From Takakia lepidozioides (Eukaryota > Plantae > Bryophyta), in assembly GCA_030704615.1 (NCBI GenBank), contig CM060734.1:39804001-39868000 (forward strand): DNA of 64,000 bases. The letters are read 5' to 3'. The translations under genes were made by a program, and so were the position numbers. This document shows, piece after piece, positions 37,261 to 50,578 of this stretch. Under the pieces are notes generated by a model, which saw nothing but the letters and a program-made list of their open reading frames with translations, ran no database searches and was not told the origin of the DNA. Each line of letters opens with the position of its first letter. Positions within the stretch are counted from its first letter, which is position 1.

Positions 37261-40188
37261 GTGTGTCATGAAGGTAGGAAGGTAGTAGCCCTTGTGGTGA
37301 AGAGACACCATAAGTTACGCTCCCTTTGGGAGGCGTCATATATATATATATATATATCTGAAGGACGATGAATATGGGTTATAACCTGCACCCTTGGCGC
37401 CAATCATAAAATGACATGTTGGCAAGACCCATCCATATAGTAGGTAGGAAAATTTGAAGGGCGAAGAATATGGGTTATATCCAGCGTCCTCAGAGCCAAT
37501 ACACATGACACGTCGACAAAACTGATCCTAAAACCGGTTATGAACTAGGTAACCGGTGAGAAGGGCTGTTGTAGCTGAGGCGTGGTAGCGCAGAAGCTAA
37601 CAACTAACCCGGCCCCTTCGAACCGGTTACCAGGCATAGTCGACCGGATCAGCAGGTCGAGACGACGGCTACCTACTCATTTCATGCCACCTGTCATGTG
37701 GAGCAGGGTAGGTTATGGTGGCAGCCAGTCAAAAGTAAGTCTCACAGGGCAGGTTACGGTGGCAGCCAATCAGATTGAAGTCACGTGTGGCAAGACGTAG
37801 GTTACGGTGGCATCCAATGAGCGTTAAGCAGTGTGTCAGGCGCACGACGTCTGGAGAGCGGGCTACCTGCGTAACCCCACCTGTTCAGAAGCACTAAGAA
37901 AACACCACGTCATCGAGACCTGCTGATCGGTCGACTATGGAGAAGTGGGCTGTCCACCATGGACCTCCTAATGCCCAGACAAGTGACGGAGACTCGGAAT
38001 CCATCTCCGATTGCTTCTGCAAAAACGAAGCTCAGGAGAAGAATCAAACCTTTGTGGAAGAGTATGTATGGCCGTCTCGATGCCTCAACTCGGGGAAGAC
38101 CTGTTGCATTCAGCAACCCTTTGCATCCACGAGCTCGCTGCTGAAGGGGGATGTAAATGACTTTCTCCCAGCAAGACATTCATATCAGCGGTTAACTCAA
38201 TCCATGGCTTCAGTCGCTGTGCTGACTACTTCCACATCCCCGTGATCTCCAAGACCATTAGCTCAGAAGAATTTAGGATTTGTAGAGCCCAAGCCAGCCA
38301 CTTCCTCTTGCAGGTATGTCTCTAGCCCCTGTAGTTGGGATCTGTTAGGAATTGCGTTGTATTCTGGAGTGCAAAATTCATCACATCAGCCCCTTGTTAG
38401 GATCAATTTGTTGAAAACCGAGAACTTAAGCTCTCGGATTCGGCCTCACGACGAGATGGATCAAATTTTATTACCGACTGGTAGCTCACGAATGATACAG
38501 CACCATATAATCCTGGGGCTCATACCATATTGTGAGGGGCATTGTATCAGGACGGCCCTGTCTGGCCAGCTCTAAGTCCATCAAGGGGTGGGGTTCATTC
38601 AGAAAAAGCCTGAATTGTGAGCCAGCATTCCCAGGTTTTCCTCTATCATATTACCATCACAATATTGCTAACAAAGTGTGCTCGTCTTACCTGAATCTGA
38701 GATTATGAAATCCAAGTTTGTAAGTTGCGATGGCCTTGCGTTGCACTTTCCTGGCATCGTGTATGCACTACATCGAAATGGGTACAATCGTAGGGCCTGG
38801 TTCTCTTCATGAATCCCCGTCCTATGGATTGTAGACAGTGCATCTCTTGAGTTACTCCGATGTTTTTGCACAGGACTGCAATTTGTGTGGTAGAAGAAGC
38901 TGTGCCTGAAATTACTGCTTTGCTAGAAAAAAGTGGGACCAATACTTTTGTACAAGTGAAGTACATGATGTAGTCATGGCGTTTGACAAATATGTGTCTG
39001 GTTGGTGTGATCAGGTCATACAACAAATCCAAGATGGATTGACAGGTAAGGTGCAATGTTTTACCTAAATGTTGGGAGGTTGGAAAAAAACACAGAAGAC
39101 AAGGGAGCAGCAAAGAGAAGACTCCACATCTGCCGGAGGGCTTGCAAGTAAGACACAGCACCAGTAGAGCCCCTCTACTGGAATTAGAGGGATTACCAAC
39201 CACAGACAGATATGACAAAACAATTGGACGATAGGATTGCAAGATCACCCAACCCTTAGAAAATGCAGGGTGTAGACTGCGCTGACTAGATTCTTCATCA
39301 TCTTTGATGTAGGGACTGCATCCCATTGTAGCACCAATATAGCCCCTATGGCATGCAGGTTGCTTAGGGTATTTCTACAGACAATTCATTGGACTTGCCT
39401 GATGGGGGCAGTACTGGTGCCAGCAAACCCCTGCACAATACTCCTAACTCTTCTGTGGATTGACATGTGGTCTTCTCTTTGGTGACTTTGCATTGCCACT
39501 TGGCTTTGTTGCTAACATCCTTTCTGTGTTTGGCTTCATTTGCTTGTGGATGCCCCCATCTGTCAACCAATCCAACAAATGTGGGTGTGTCCTAGTGAGT
39601 TCTGGTTGGGCTTGAAACATGTGTACAATAATCATCCACTCTTACATTGAAACATAAAAGTAGAAATGTGAGTGCACTCCAACGATACTACTACCCCCTC
39701 CGAATGTGGTGCAGAGTGCAAACTGTCAACTGTAAGAAATTACATTTGTAATATTACATGAACATTTACACAGCCCTCGAAAGGGTCACAAAAAGCATCT
39801 ACAACGAAAGCCCACCTGCCAAGCTTACAGCCAGCACAAGCTGCTCTCACTAGGCAACCAGCAACTCATTCAGTGCCTCTGGTATGTCCATCTGGTAGAC
39901 AGGAAATCGACTGGAGGGCCAGCCAGCCCTGTGCATAAGAAATTCTCCCAAGCTCAATAGCCATAAAAAATCTGCGTCTATACTCATAGAATATGAACCT
40001 GTGATTCATGACTGTGCCCTCACACCCTGGCATTGTGAAATGTTTCGCAAATCTACCAGTGATGAACTCCAATAAACATCCCTCTGGGAGGTTTAGAGGC
40101 GATGCGAACTTGCACAGACGCCAATGAGACGCTATCAAAGCTAATGTGCTTTGTGTACTGCAGTTAGGCAGCGACTCATGACAGAACT

Positions 40189-41802
40189 TCAGGGGATGGG
40201 AGAACTCCGGGCTCGGCGAAGTCTTATGCCACCGAGGAAATCTGGAGCCGGTCTCGGGAGTATGAGTACTGCAGCGATGCCACCGAGAAGTGCAGCGACA
40301 GCTCCAAGCAAAAACCCAGGCAAATTCCCACCCCCAAAAAGCTCGTCCCAGGGACCACCTCCCACAGAGACCAACACCTGTGGCATAACTACGGCGAGAT
40401 TCAACACACCCATCGACAAACCTTGACCACCACCAATTTTATCCGTGAAAGTTGCTGTCAATGCATAAGGCACACTGTACGTCACTGCAAGTGGTACTCC
40501 AAGGACTGCAAAAAGGAGCAGAGATGAAATCCTGATAGACAGAGGTGGCCCTGTAGGCCCAAAGGTTGACCGTTTTGCAGCTACTGTGATGAGCGCAGTC
40601 GCCGCAAAACAAGCTGCCAGTACCATGTTACCCAGGCCCCACACATAGCTCGAACCCAATTTCCGGCAGAGATACTCAATGGAGAGGGACGACAGTCCAA
40701 GCACTACAGAGTTGAGCATGAGACCGAAGGCACCCATGTGAACACCATCTGCGTAGAGCTTCGAGACAACCGGGTCCGAGGAAGATGGTTCCCCCCGGTA
40801 AACCTCGCGTCCCATCCAATCAGTATCAAAGAGAGTGAATGGGAACCAGGCTATCCAAGTGAGTGCAGTTACAAGCAGGATATACCACATGGGCCGTGGG
40901 AGGTTCTTCAGTGCTTGAATCAACTCCCAGAACAACGCCTCCGATTCCTCCTCCTCTTCATCCTCCTCCGCGTCCTCGCCATCCTCACTACCTCCCGAGA
41001 CACTTGCAGCAGTCTCTACAGCCTCCGGGTCGGTGGGCTTTTCGGCCAGCAACGGGGTGGTAGAACCCGCAACCACATGCTTGCTGGCGACTGGATCCCA
41101 CGGAATCTCCGCGGCTGCTGTTAAGCTCAGAAGAGTCGTAAACACCAGCATGATGATGGCAAGCAGAAATGCCGATTTAAGATTGGCACAGGCAACATCA
41201 CACGCTGCCGTATGAGTAAAGGGGAAGATCAGGTACCAGCCACCGAAGGCCCCAGTAGCGTACCCCAGGACATTGCCCACAGCCATGAAGAGAGAATAGT
41301 AAGCATTCGCTCTCCGAGTCCGCCGTTGATCCTTCCCAGTGAAATCTGCCAACAGAGCTCGACAGGGCCCCTGCAACGTATTGTTAGCCAAGTCCAAAAG
41401 CCAGAACCCAATAACAAAAATCACGATTGCACGCGGTCTGACACCATGCGAATCCCCCAACAAGTACCCCAAATCAGCAGCATACCCAATCACGAAAACA
41501 GCAACAATCACAAGCAAGCCCCCAACAACTATGAACGGCCGCCGTCTTCCCCACCGACTCGTACACCGATCACTGAAATGCCCCACAACCGGCTGCACAA
41601 ACATCCCCGAAATCGGACCACACAACCATATCAAACTCGCCCAGGCATGCGGAATTCCCAACTCCTGCACGTATGGCGTCAGTAAAGACAGCTGCAAAGC
41701 CCAACCAAATTGCACTCCAGCCGCCACCGATGCTACCTGCGCTAAAGCCCTCAACGGAACCCGATTCTTCCCTTTGTTCGGCCTCCTCACCTCCGTCCCC
41801 AT
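40189..41802 (-). CDS. SUT4: Sucrose/H+ symporter, SUT4/SUC4 (type III)-like, single exon, 537 aa
   Basis: RVPLRALAQVASVAAGVQFGWALQLSLLTPYVQELGIPHAWAS, WLCGP, GRRRPF, QGPCRALLAD, FDTDWMGREVY, GGGQGLSMGVLNLA; uninterrupted ORF. Confidence 0.95.
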   Translation of the reverse strand: MGTEVRRPNKGKNRVPLRALAQVASVAAGVQFGWALQLSLLTPYVQELGIPHAWASLIWLCGPISGMFVQPVVGHFSDRCTSRWGRRRPFIVVGGLLVIVAVFVIGYAADLGYLLGDSHGVRPRAIVIFVIGFWLLDLANNTLQGPCRALLADFTGKDQRRTRRANAYYSLFMAVGNVLGYATGAFGGWYLIFPFTHTAACDVACANLKSAFLLAIIMLVFTTLLSLTAAAEIPWDPVASKHVVAGSTTPLLAEKPTDPEAVETAASVSGGSEDGEDAEEDEEEEESEALFWELIQALKNLPRPMWYILLVTALTWIAWFPFTLFDTDWMGREVYRGEPSSSDPVVSKLYADGVHMGAFGLMLNSVVLGLSSLSIEYLCRKLGSSYVWGLGNMVLAACFAATALITVAAKRSTFGPTGPPLSIRISSLLLFAVLGVPLAVTYSVPYALTATFTDKIGGGQGLSMGVLNLAVVMPQVLVSVGGGPWDELFGGGNLPGFLLGAVAALLGGIAAVLILPRPAPDFLGGIRLRRARSSPIP

Positions 41803-43189
41803 CCTCCCTCCCTCCCTCCCTCCCCTCTCCTCCTAAGATTCCTTCCTTCCCTGCACTCAGATCCACTTCTCCTTCACAAAACTACACTTTCTAATTCTAC
41901 TCAACAGCCTCCATACAATCTATTTCTCTCTTGTCTCTCCCTCTCTATCTCTCTCTATCGATCTCTATCTCCCTCTCAATCCTTCTTATCAGTCTCCTTC
42001 TTCCACACACTCGTCTCCGCAGACAGCACTCCCTCCATCGCTCATCTCTCTGCTTGCGCTGGCCCACCGCAGGACTCTTTCGCTTTTTGCTTTTCTCTTT
42101 CCGTTTTTTCTGAACTTGCTTTGTTTCATGCATACCAGGCCACTGACTATTCTTGACTCCCCGTTGAGAGCAAAATTAGCCACTCTCGTAAAAATCAGGT
42201 CATAAGGACCCGCCGTGTAATGTGGTAGTTAGGATTTGATCCCGGAACTACCCCAAATTTTCAAATTTTCAAATAAAATGTTCAGAAAGGAATTTTGCAC
42301 ACCGCCCTTGAACTTCAAAGTACGGACGGTTCTTCCCCCAAATTGAAACAAAGAAAAAAAATTGTTGTATTTTTGTAAATAATTTAATTATGGTTAGAAT
42401 ATGTGAAAGTGATATTGAAATGGAGGTTTTAAAAATAAATAAATGGAGGCGATATGACGTCCAGGTAGGTTAACGTGTTCCTCGTTGGCTCGATCCCGTA
42501 GAGCGCAGTCCACAGGAGAGAGGGCCCACGTTTTGTTTATTGTTAGATATTGTGAACATTTCCCGTTGGAGGTTCGATCCCAGCACGCGGGGGCCACTAG
42601 CGTACCGGTAAGTGTCCGTGTCATTACACGGGAAACGAGACGGAAAGTGTATCCGGCTGACATACACTTTTCGGTTACGTGATCGCTGGGTTCCGGCCTG
42701 CTTATTAGGGCCGGCCCTACCAACCAAAATATCGCCTCTAACTTCTCTGACGGTACTGACTCAGTTAGCAGGCAGGGTATTAGTATAATTATACTGTGCT
42801 AAACTTAGCCCTCATATTTTAGCCATTCCAACACCGGTGCCCTTCCTCGCCATTGGCCATTCCAATCCTTTCCCTTTTTTCGACCTTCAGGAATAGCCCC
42901 TGCCAGAATTTGGTAGCCCTATTCAGAAGGATTGTATTCCTCTGTCTGCGTTATGTTTAAATAGCAGAACTAGGGTTTCGGGAGTGGAACCCAGGCTCAG
43001 CTGTAGGTAAAGAGCTTTGGATGGATAAGTGAGAGGAGTTGAATATCATTCATTGATGACGAGGCACAGTTGAGTGAAGAGATGGTACTTAGTCCAAGAG
43101 TTGTGGATGTAATACGCAAAGGAATGTCGGGCTGGGTGTCATCGGCCCACCCATTCCGACCATAGTACATGATACACGAAATTGATCAC

Positions 43190-43420
43190 GTTTTTTTTGT
43201 AAACAAAGGGAAATACCCGGAGAGTGACCGCTCACAAATCAGGCCCCTTAATAGTGAGAGGAGAAAATAACCTCTTTCACGGTAACCTCGCCATGAATGT
43301 GTAGAAATGGGACACCGGCCTCAGGGAAGGGGAGAAGAGTATACCACACCCGTCAAGTAGCAGGATTTGACCCCAGAATCATCTGGGTAGCACTCACTGC
43401 ACTCAACAACTGAGCTACTG
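43190..43420 (-). mobile_element. tRNA-derived SINE-like element
   Basis: Minus strand gtagctcagttgttgagtgc...ggtcaaatcc head, A-rich tail; shares tcacaaatcaggcccctt with its neighbour. Confidence 0.55.
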
Positions 43421-43459
43421 ACTGTTGACCAGTGGTCATGACCACGAGGGCCTTGGGGC

Positions 43460-43652
43460 TCTTTTCTTTTCTTTTTCTATATTCTTGTCAAAAAGGGAAA
43501 CAGGGCCTGGAACAATGCTGAGTCACAAATCAGGCCCCTTGGTTATAGGGAGAGGTGAATATATATATATTCAAGGGCTGCCGCCTTGCAATGGGAGGAT
43601 TGGACCCACAACCATTCCAAGGTGGTAGGTGCCCATTACTACTGGGCTACAA
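43460..43652 (-). mobile_element. Second tRNA-derived SINE-like element
   Basis: Minus strand gtagcccagtagtaatgggcac...gggtccaatcc head, shared body motif, A-rich tail. Confidence 0.55.
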
Positions 43653-43817
43653 CTTGGTTGTCGAGAAACTAATCTCCCTAACCATCTTTTGAAAATTAAA
43701 ATCGGCCTACCTAGAGGGAACATTGGCCAATGCCTACGGGCCCACTAAATTATTGTGTCTTCATCCCAAGGGACTAGGTACTAGGGAATAGTACCTGCCG
43801 TTGGAAAGTGAACACTA

Positions 43818-44444
43818 CCGTCCCTTATCAACGGTTTAGGCATTTTTGTGCCTAATAATTATTAAAAACCAGACAGACTGCTTAGGCACGTTTCTCAAAC
43901 CATTTCTCACATTAGGCATCTTCATGCTATAATTTTTTAGAATTAGGCACATGAGAAGAGAAAACATTTATTTTCTTAAAAATTAAAATACAAAATAGAA
44001 ACCCAATGCCCATGGGCCCTTGTCCCATGCCAACAGGCCCAGTCCAAACCTCCTCCAAGCTTGCAGGCTCCAGCTACCTTCATTTCCGTGCATACCCTAA
44101 AAGTGCACCCTAATGATGATTAGTGAGGGGGATGAATATGATGATATTGTCGAGTCCATGCATGAGTCTTTCGAAGTTACATGGAGCTCTCGCAAATAGA
44201 TTCGGATTTGTAGGAAGTTATTTCCGTACACATATATTTGTATTGATTTTTGTTCAATGAAATTTTCATCTTATTACAAACAACATGAGAAGAGGCCTGA
44301 AAGTTTTTTGCTGGAAGTTTTAGGCATTAGGCACTTTGGCCCCACAATTTCCGTGCAATTAGGCCAAAATTTGAAAAATTCCCAAAACGGGTTAGGCACT
44401 TTCAATTTGAATTAATTATTGCCTAAACGGTTGATAAGGGAGGG
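43818..44444. mobile_element. MITE-like TIR element (Tc1/mariner-like if the TSD is TA)
   Basis: (TA)CCGTCCCTTATCAACGGTTTAGGCA ... TGCCTAAACGGTTGATAAGGGAGGG(TA), 2 mismatches; about 10 internal TTAGGC/GCCTAA motifs. Confidence 0.85.
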
Positions 44445-44559
44445 TACACACCTTTGGCAAATCTTCTACAGTGTGGTGACGTCACAGTTGTCAAACACTT
44501 GAGGATAATGGAGTTGGGGGATTTAGTTGTTGGATACTTGGAGAGAGGTGAGTTATAAC

Positions 44560-45178
44560 CCAATCATATGTTGGACTGGTATCGTATTTTGAACATACCA
44601 GGCTGGTACTGGTATAGAGGCCGCCTTCGTCCAATTGTGATACCAGGGAAGCACTAGTTTTGGCAAAAATCTGATATTTGAATACCATTGTGGTATTAAT
44701 AATGCAGTATTGATGTGGTGTTTTACGGGTATCAATATCGAGAGTTTTGAAAAACCAATACCATGGCATTATCAATTCTGGTCTGGTATCCAGCAAACCC
44801 ACCATAGATTCATATAAATCAAAACCCACTATGTGTACAATCGCATGCTTCTCATTGAATTTATTCGTCAAAGTATCCAGCTTCTTGTATTTCATCTTCA
44901 TTTGCATTTAAGAGCTCAGATTCAAGCCACATCCATATTGTGCATAGTCAATACTCATACCTAGGTTTTCCTCACAAAAATGGATCTAATACTAGTATCA
45001 AGTACCAAATCGTCAGCCACCTACCACGCTGGTAGGATATCGCCCATAGTATTAGGAAACATAATACCCATGCCAATATGGGTATATGCTAGGTAGTGGC
45101 GTGAGATGATACCAGACTGGTCTAGTACTTAATACCAGTACATATATTAATATTGATACCAATACCAGTTCAACACTG
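44560..45178. mobile_element. Non-autonomous hAT-like element
   Basis: 8-bp TSD GTTATAAC (44552-44559, 45179-45186). The right TIR reads CAGTGTTGAACTGGTAT; the left is degenerate. Many GGTAT/ATACC motifs. Confidence 0.7.
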
Positions 45179-45358
45179 GTTATAACCAAGAGAATGTCGG
45201 GTGTAATGAAGACGCGGGCTCTTGCCGTAGACCTATGCAGCGGGCTAGCAACAAAGAGGAGTGTGTGAAGGCATCAAAAGTCATTGTATAAATTTTTACA
45301 CATGGATCCTATGTATCACAAATCTATTGTGTGTATGCAACGCTGAGAGTGAAATTAC

Positions 45359-45986
45359 CAGTGTTGGGCGGGTATATGGGTGGGAGGCGGGCAACAACCC
45401 GGGTATTAAAGGACCTGCCTGGCGGCCTTTAAAATCACGATATCCGGCAAAAGCCCTGCACATGCGGGTATTGCATTTTCAATGACCGTCCCAAAGCCCT
45501 GCATAGGCGGGTATTAGCTAGGGTTATACCCTTGAAATACCCAGGTTGGGGTGGTGTTAAGGGATCTTGACCTGGTCATCCATCTTATGGTTAGGGTTCA
45601 ACATATTCATCCAAATGTCAAGAGCAGCTACAGGTAATTTTGTGTCTACTTCTTTATCGTGCATGTGTCAACATATTCATCCAAATGTCAGGAGCAATTA
45701 CAGGTAAATTTGTCTCTACTTCTTTATCATGCATGTATCAATGGTGCTCTAGCCCACTTGGCTAACATGTCTATGCCCAGGTTGATAACCGCCGGGTATT
45801 TCACTTTAAATACCCCTAGGGTTGATACCCGACCTAAAATGAAATTCTGATTAAGATTGATGTCCGCCAGGTATAATTATTTCTACTATGGCTCTATACC
45901 CGGCCTGACGGACATCAAGATTTAAGGAATACCCCATAGCCCTGCCCGGTGGGTATAATCAAATCCATATACCCGCCCAACTACTG
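45359..45986. mobile_element. Non-autonomous hAT-like element with an internal 70-bp tandem duplication
   Basis: TIR CAGTGTTGGGCGGGTATATGG / CCATATACCCGCCCAACTACTG; TSD GAAATTAC (45351-45358, 45987-45994); duplication at about 45598-45737. Confidence 0.9.
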
Positions 45987-46249
45987 GAAATTACTTCTAC
46001 AATGCAATTTTCAATGTTTCATTATGACATATGGCTATGGAGTGATATTTTACAGGATCGAAGATCATACGATCCTACCACACTCGACAAGGTAATAGGA
46101 TTCAGTGCCCTTGAGATTCATATGACATATGTATCTTTTTTTAATTGAGTGAATGTCATAAAGATACTATCGTCCGTGTGAATTTAACAAACAACTCTCT
46201 TTTCATCAAAAAATGTAGCGTACGACTCACACAATAGTGACGTTACCAG

Positions 46250-47220
46250 TCACCACCGTGCCCTATGCATTCACACCAACTTCGCAGCTAAATTGGTGGT
46301 GGTCAAGGTTTGCACGTGATGGGTGAATCTCATGGTAACTTTGCCACATATGTTGGGGTCTCTCTCTTAGAGGTGGTCACTAGGACAAGTTTTTTTTTCG
46401 GGAGTGAAAATTTGTCTAGGTGTTTGCTTTTGAGCTATCATTGCAATTCTCAATGGCATGGCTACAATACTCATACTACCAAGACCGCTCATGATTTTCC
46501 TCAATGACACCCAAAAAACATGTGGATGTGTTGCTGAAGCAAGCGTAAAATATGGTGTCACTTGACCTCAAAGTTCTATTGCCTTCCGGTGGAAGGTGGA
46601 CACCTTTATGGGCCCTTTATGGCATACAACATGCACTTTGATTCCCGGAGTTCTCCCATCCCTTGAACTTCTTTGCAGCGTTTTTTTTATTGGCAAATTT
46701 CAACCTCAAAAAATAAAATAAAATATTATGTCATAAATTCCTTATTTTTTCAAGGATGAAATCACCAAATTTCTCCAAATAAAAATTAAATTACGGATGA
46801 ATTCATCAAATATGGATGATATAAATGGATTAAAGTACAGAGATGGATGAATTTCAGTGGATGAACAGAATATACTGCTATTCTTTGCAAAAATTTGTAG
46901 CCACTCGTGCTGTTTTCTAAATTTCTTAAGAAAAACATTACTTCTTTGAGGAATCGCCGCCTCATTGCAATATTCAAAGCGCATAATTAGCATTGATAGC
47001 ATCTTATTGGCGTATGTGCAAGTTCATCGCCTCTAACCTTCTCAAAGGATGTCCTTGGGATTCATAATTGATAGATTTTCTAAACATTTCTTCACAATGC
47101 CAGGGTGTGAGGGCACAATCATGAGTCATAAGTTCAATTTTCTATGAATGTAGACACATAGTACTGTTATGATTATTGAGCGGGGGAGAGTTTGTTATGC
47201 ACAAGGCTAGCTCGGTACAT
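46250..47220 (+). pseudogene. Inverted, decayed 3' fragment of the SUT gene (C-terminus + 3' UTR)
   Basis: VPYAF.../IGGGQGL...ATILILPRP and cccggagttctcccatcccttga (RSSPIP*) at about 46643-46665. 46950-47220 matches the reverse complement of about 39920-40178. Split by insertions. Confidence 0.85.
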
Positions 47221-47899
47221 GGAGTCCATGAAGTATGGGGTGGGTGTGGCCATGTTTGGGGGATTTGGACGTGGCATAGCATAAAACGTCTGTTAGGGTA
47301 TAATAAATGTCAGAACAAGTTTTGTCTTTGGTTCCTCATAAAAGTGCAATGTCTGTCTAAGTGGTTGGACATGGTGTGCATGAGGTGTGGGGAGGATACC
47401 CACTTGGATATATAGGATTTTGTGTAGGTACGGGATGTTTGGATTTGTTCTCTGGATTTCTGTTGTGGTATATATTCTATGTAGGTCCCATGTGGATTCT
47501 ATAGCCGGGAATCTAGCCGTGGTTGCAGGGACTAACCAAAACAGATGTGTGTGTGCTACGCGTCTGTTGTGGAGAAAACCTAGTATTTGTGTGAGCATAA
47601 TGTGAGCAAAATCTAACTTTTACTTTTAAGTTTCAATGTAAGAGCGGATAATTGTACACATGTTTCAAGCTGAACCAAAACTCCCACACTGACATTTGTT
47701 GGATTGGTTTGGGACACAAGCAAGAAAGTTGACTAAGTTATTTGGCGAGAGTAAGTTATGGGGTTACTTCACCTCCAATAGATATTTTGACTTTCCAAAT
47801 GTGTTAAGTATACACTAACTAATGGCCAGAGTTGGGATATCGCGATTGGTCACAAGGACCTCAAGTTCCCAAGTATCCCCACATCAAATATCCAATTCA

Positions 47900-49500
47900 T
47901 TCATAATCCCATCTTTTGTAGTTGGCATAGGTTAGCTATAATGGGTGACTTGTGACAAACTTGTGCCATGGGCCATTTGTTGGGGGTTCTAACACCTGCT
48001 AAATTTATGTAGATGATGCAAAAAATGTGAACTAAAAAATCCCCGGTGACTGCTTCGGGCCATAAAAGTGCATGTTATGTGTTTTTGTTCGAGAATTTGT
48101 TGACCAACATAACAGCCACCCTCACCCACAAAAAAACTAGGACAGTGAACCCATGAAGAAACCTTCTTGAAAGATCTTTCTAAAGCCAGTTGACCCCATC
48201 TGAAGGAGTATCCAAGTGAACCCAACTCAGTTTTCGGCACAGCAGGAGTTCAACATGGAACTGGTTGCTTGCTACCAATGACCAAGATAATAATTGTTAT
48301 CAAAGACTCGAGATGATTGTGAGAGCTCTTCATTCTCATTCACTCGAGCACTTGGTGCATTGCCAATGGAACCTATTCAGTGTGATTCCTTTGGTAATAA
48401 AGCTACACAAACAGCTCATCCGCAAGCTACATTTCATCTCCTGATAAATAGGGTGAAGCTGATGAAGATGGCTAGTGCAATTCGCATAGCCGGGAAGGGC
48501 AATGTTATAAGGTGATGAGTTGTTGCTTTTGTGGTTAGTTGTATCTGTAGCCCAATTTCATGGGGTCTCTGTGCGAAGACAGTCTCCTGGTTTGACCAAG
48601 GGATGAACGCATGCACATCCATAATGCCTAACAACTGATAATGACCTCTACAATCAAAACCATAAGGAGGTTATATTAAAAATGGTAATTCAAAATGAGG
48701 GTTTTATAATTTTTAAATTTGCGACAGAAAAGAGGGAATTACCTTAATTTGGTGGAGCCCAAAACTCCAGATCAGGTCCATATGTGAGTTATGAAAAAAA
48801 TGTGGGCTATCCATGTCCACCTCAAGGTACATTTTCCTAGAGGTACTCTCAAGAGGAACTTTAAATATTCTATACTAAAGAAGTGGGACTTTCTTTCTCT
48901 GATCAATGCTTCAATTACTACTTAAAAGGGTAAAGAAACATTTGTTTCTAGATATGCATTCATGTCAACCAATATGAGCAGGGAAGAGGCTCTGGCACGA
49001 GAGACAAAGACGTTGGAAAGTTCATGAAATTTCATTATCTACAACTCCACTAATGCTCTTTCAAGAACTTGGTGGTTACCTCAACCCATGCTTACTTTTG
49101 TGACCCATTATCTTTAACATGTCAAGACCATTCCCACTATTTTAAAACCTATTTTCTTGCAGATGCCTAGATACTAATATGTATTTCTGAACACAACTCA
49201 TCTTTTGCATGGTCAAAAATACAATCTCCAGAAACAAAAGGTGTGGTTAGTTATATATGGAGCCCAGTTTCATGGGTCTCTGCGGGAGACAAGTAACTAA
49301 CTTTGTTCTTCACCCCTGCCTTGTTAAAGCGTCATGAAACATATACCTCTTATGAGCACTACCAGAAAACCTTTACTAAATCTCCAGATGTGAGGTCAAG
49401 ATATTAAAAAAAAAGTGTGATGGTTATTGGGAAAACCCCACCGTTCAAGTAGCAAATTGGGCCACTTCATCCAAAGATACCCAACATAGAACCTCCAACA
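47900..49500 (-). mobile_element. Highly decayed L1-like LINE remnant
   Basis: Weak RT-like peptides (LGYSFRWG...ERSFKKVSSW, VKPGDCL, LADE, GPD); boundaries approximate. Confidence 0.4.
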
Positions 49501-50395
49501 ATTCCAAGAGTTTCAACCTCCAAAATTGTTGATACACACTAACTAGAAGATAGTAATGTTTTACAATGAATCTCAAAGTGACATGCGACTGAATCAGTAA
49601 ATCAAGAAACTACGCACAAACTACAAAGGTCCAAGAAGAGAAAGATTACTAGTCAGAAAAACGACAAAATACTTGCTCAGTTCAAACTATAAGTAGCAAC
49701 TAGACGGAACCACATTCACACACACTAGTGTTACGTATGTCGGTATGATAATCATCAGCTAATCTAGTTCACGTGAATCAGACTACAGCTGTGTTTAGTG
49801 ACCGACCTAAACTAATGATTCTAAAAATTCTTTGGCCTACAGATTTCCCGTACGAATCATGCTTCGACAAGTGGAGTGGAGCGGTGCCCCGTGGCCGTTA
49901 CGTGTCTCTGCTTAGATTTACAGAGTTCCTTTTGTGTTGGAGGGCAGATTCAAGAGCCCCTTTGTTTCCACCATCTCCGTGAGTATAGTGAAAATATCGA
50001 CGTTAACATTTGGTATTTGGGCAATTTTCATTGGGGCATGCTGCCTAGACAGTCTGTTTTGGACCTGGTAGCTTAATATTAGTTCCCCCTTGCATGTTTA
50101 GATTGCAAGAGGCATCACTGTTGTCTCTGCATGTTTAGATTGAGTTTTTTGCATCTACAACTCAATGCATTTGGGCCCAAGACGCAATATAGTTATTCAA
50201 TATGAGTACAAGGGCCTCCGTCCCCTTTTTATTAAAAAAAACATTAAAAAATCCGTTATTGCCATGTGTCCCATCCAATGTGGGCTATAGTCGACCCTAG
50301 ATAAATGTTAAATGTTTTTTTTGTTATGTTACCCTTAATGTTATGAAACCTTGGCTCTATAAAAATTTACACTTGAAAACAACAACATAACATGA

Positions 50396-50578
50396 ACATA
50401 ATGGTTTTGAAAATAGATATTACCTCAACAATTGTTTTGACCTCCCTCAAAAACTATTGTTGAGATAATTTTCTTTAAAAAAAAAGACATAATGGTTTCG
50501 AAAATAGATATTACCTCAATAATTATTTTTGACCTCCCTCAAAAACTATTGTTGAGGTAATTTTCTTTTTAAAAAAAC
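50396..50578. repeat. 91-bp tandem duplication
   Basis: Units at 50396 and 50487: acataatggttt.gaaaatagatattacctcaa...aattttcttt. Confidence 0.9.

Noticed and set aside
37900-39350. Possible hAT/BED or other transposase remnants
   Set aside because: Only vague Cys/Trp patterns; no diagnostic motif
40738-41836. Plus-strand ORFs overlapping SUT, and similar antisense ORFs over gag, LINE and PPR
   Set aside because: Antisense shadows of real coding sequence
42288-42340. Mutator-like TIR start (ggaattttgcacaccgcccttgaactt)
   Set aside because: No matching inverted partner or 9-bp TSD found
43355-43420. tRNA genes here and at 37197, 43590, 51820 and 51960
   Set aside because: Only degenerate A/B boxes, no convincing cloverleaf; better explained as SINE or TE heads
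43813-43817. CACTA terminus
   Set aside because: No TAGTG at the other end; the inverted repeat starts at TA
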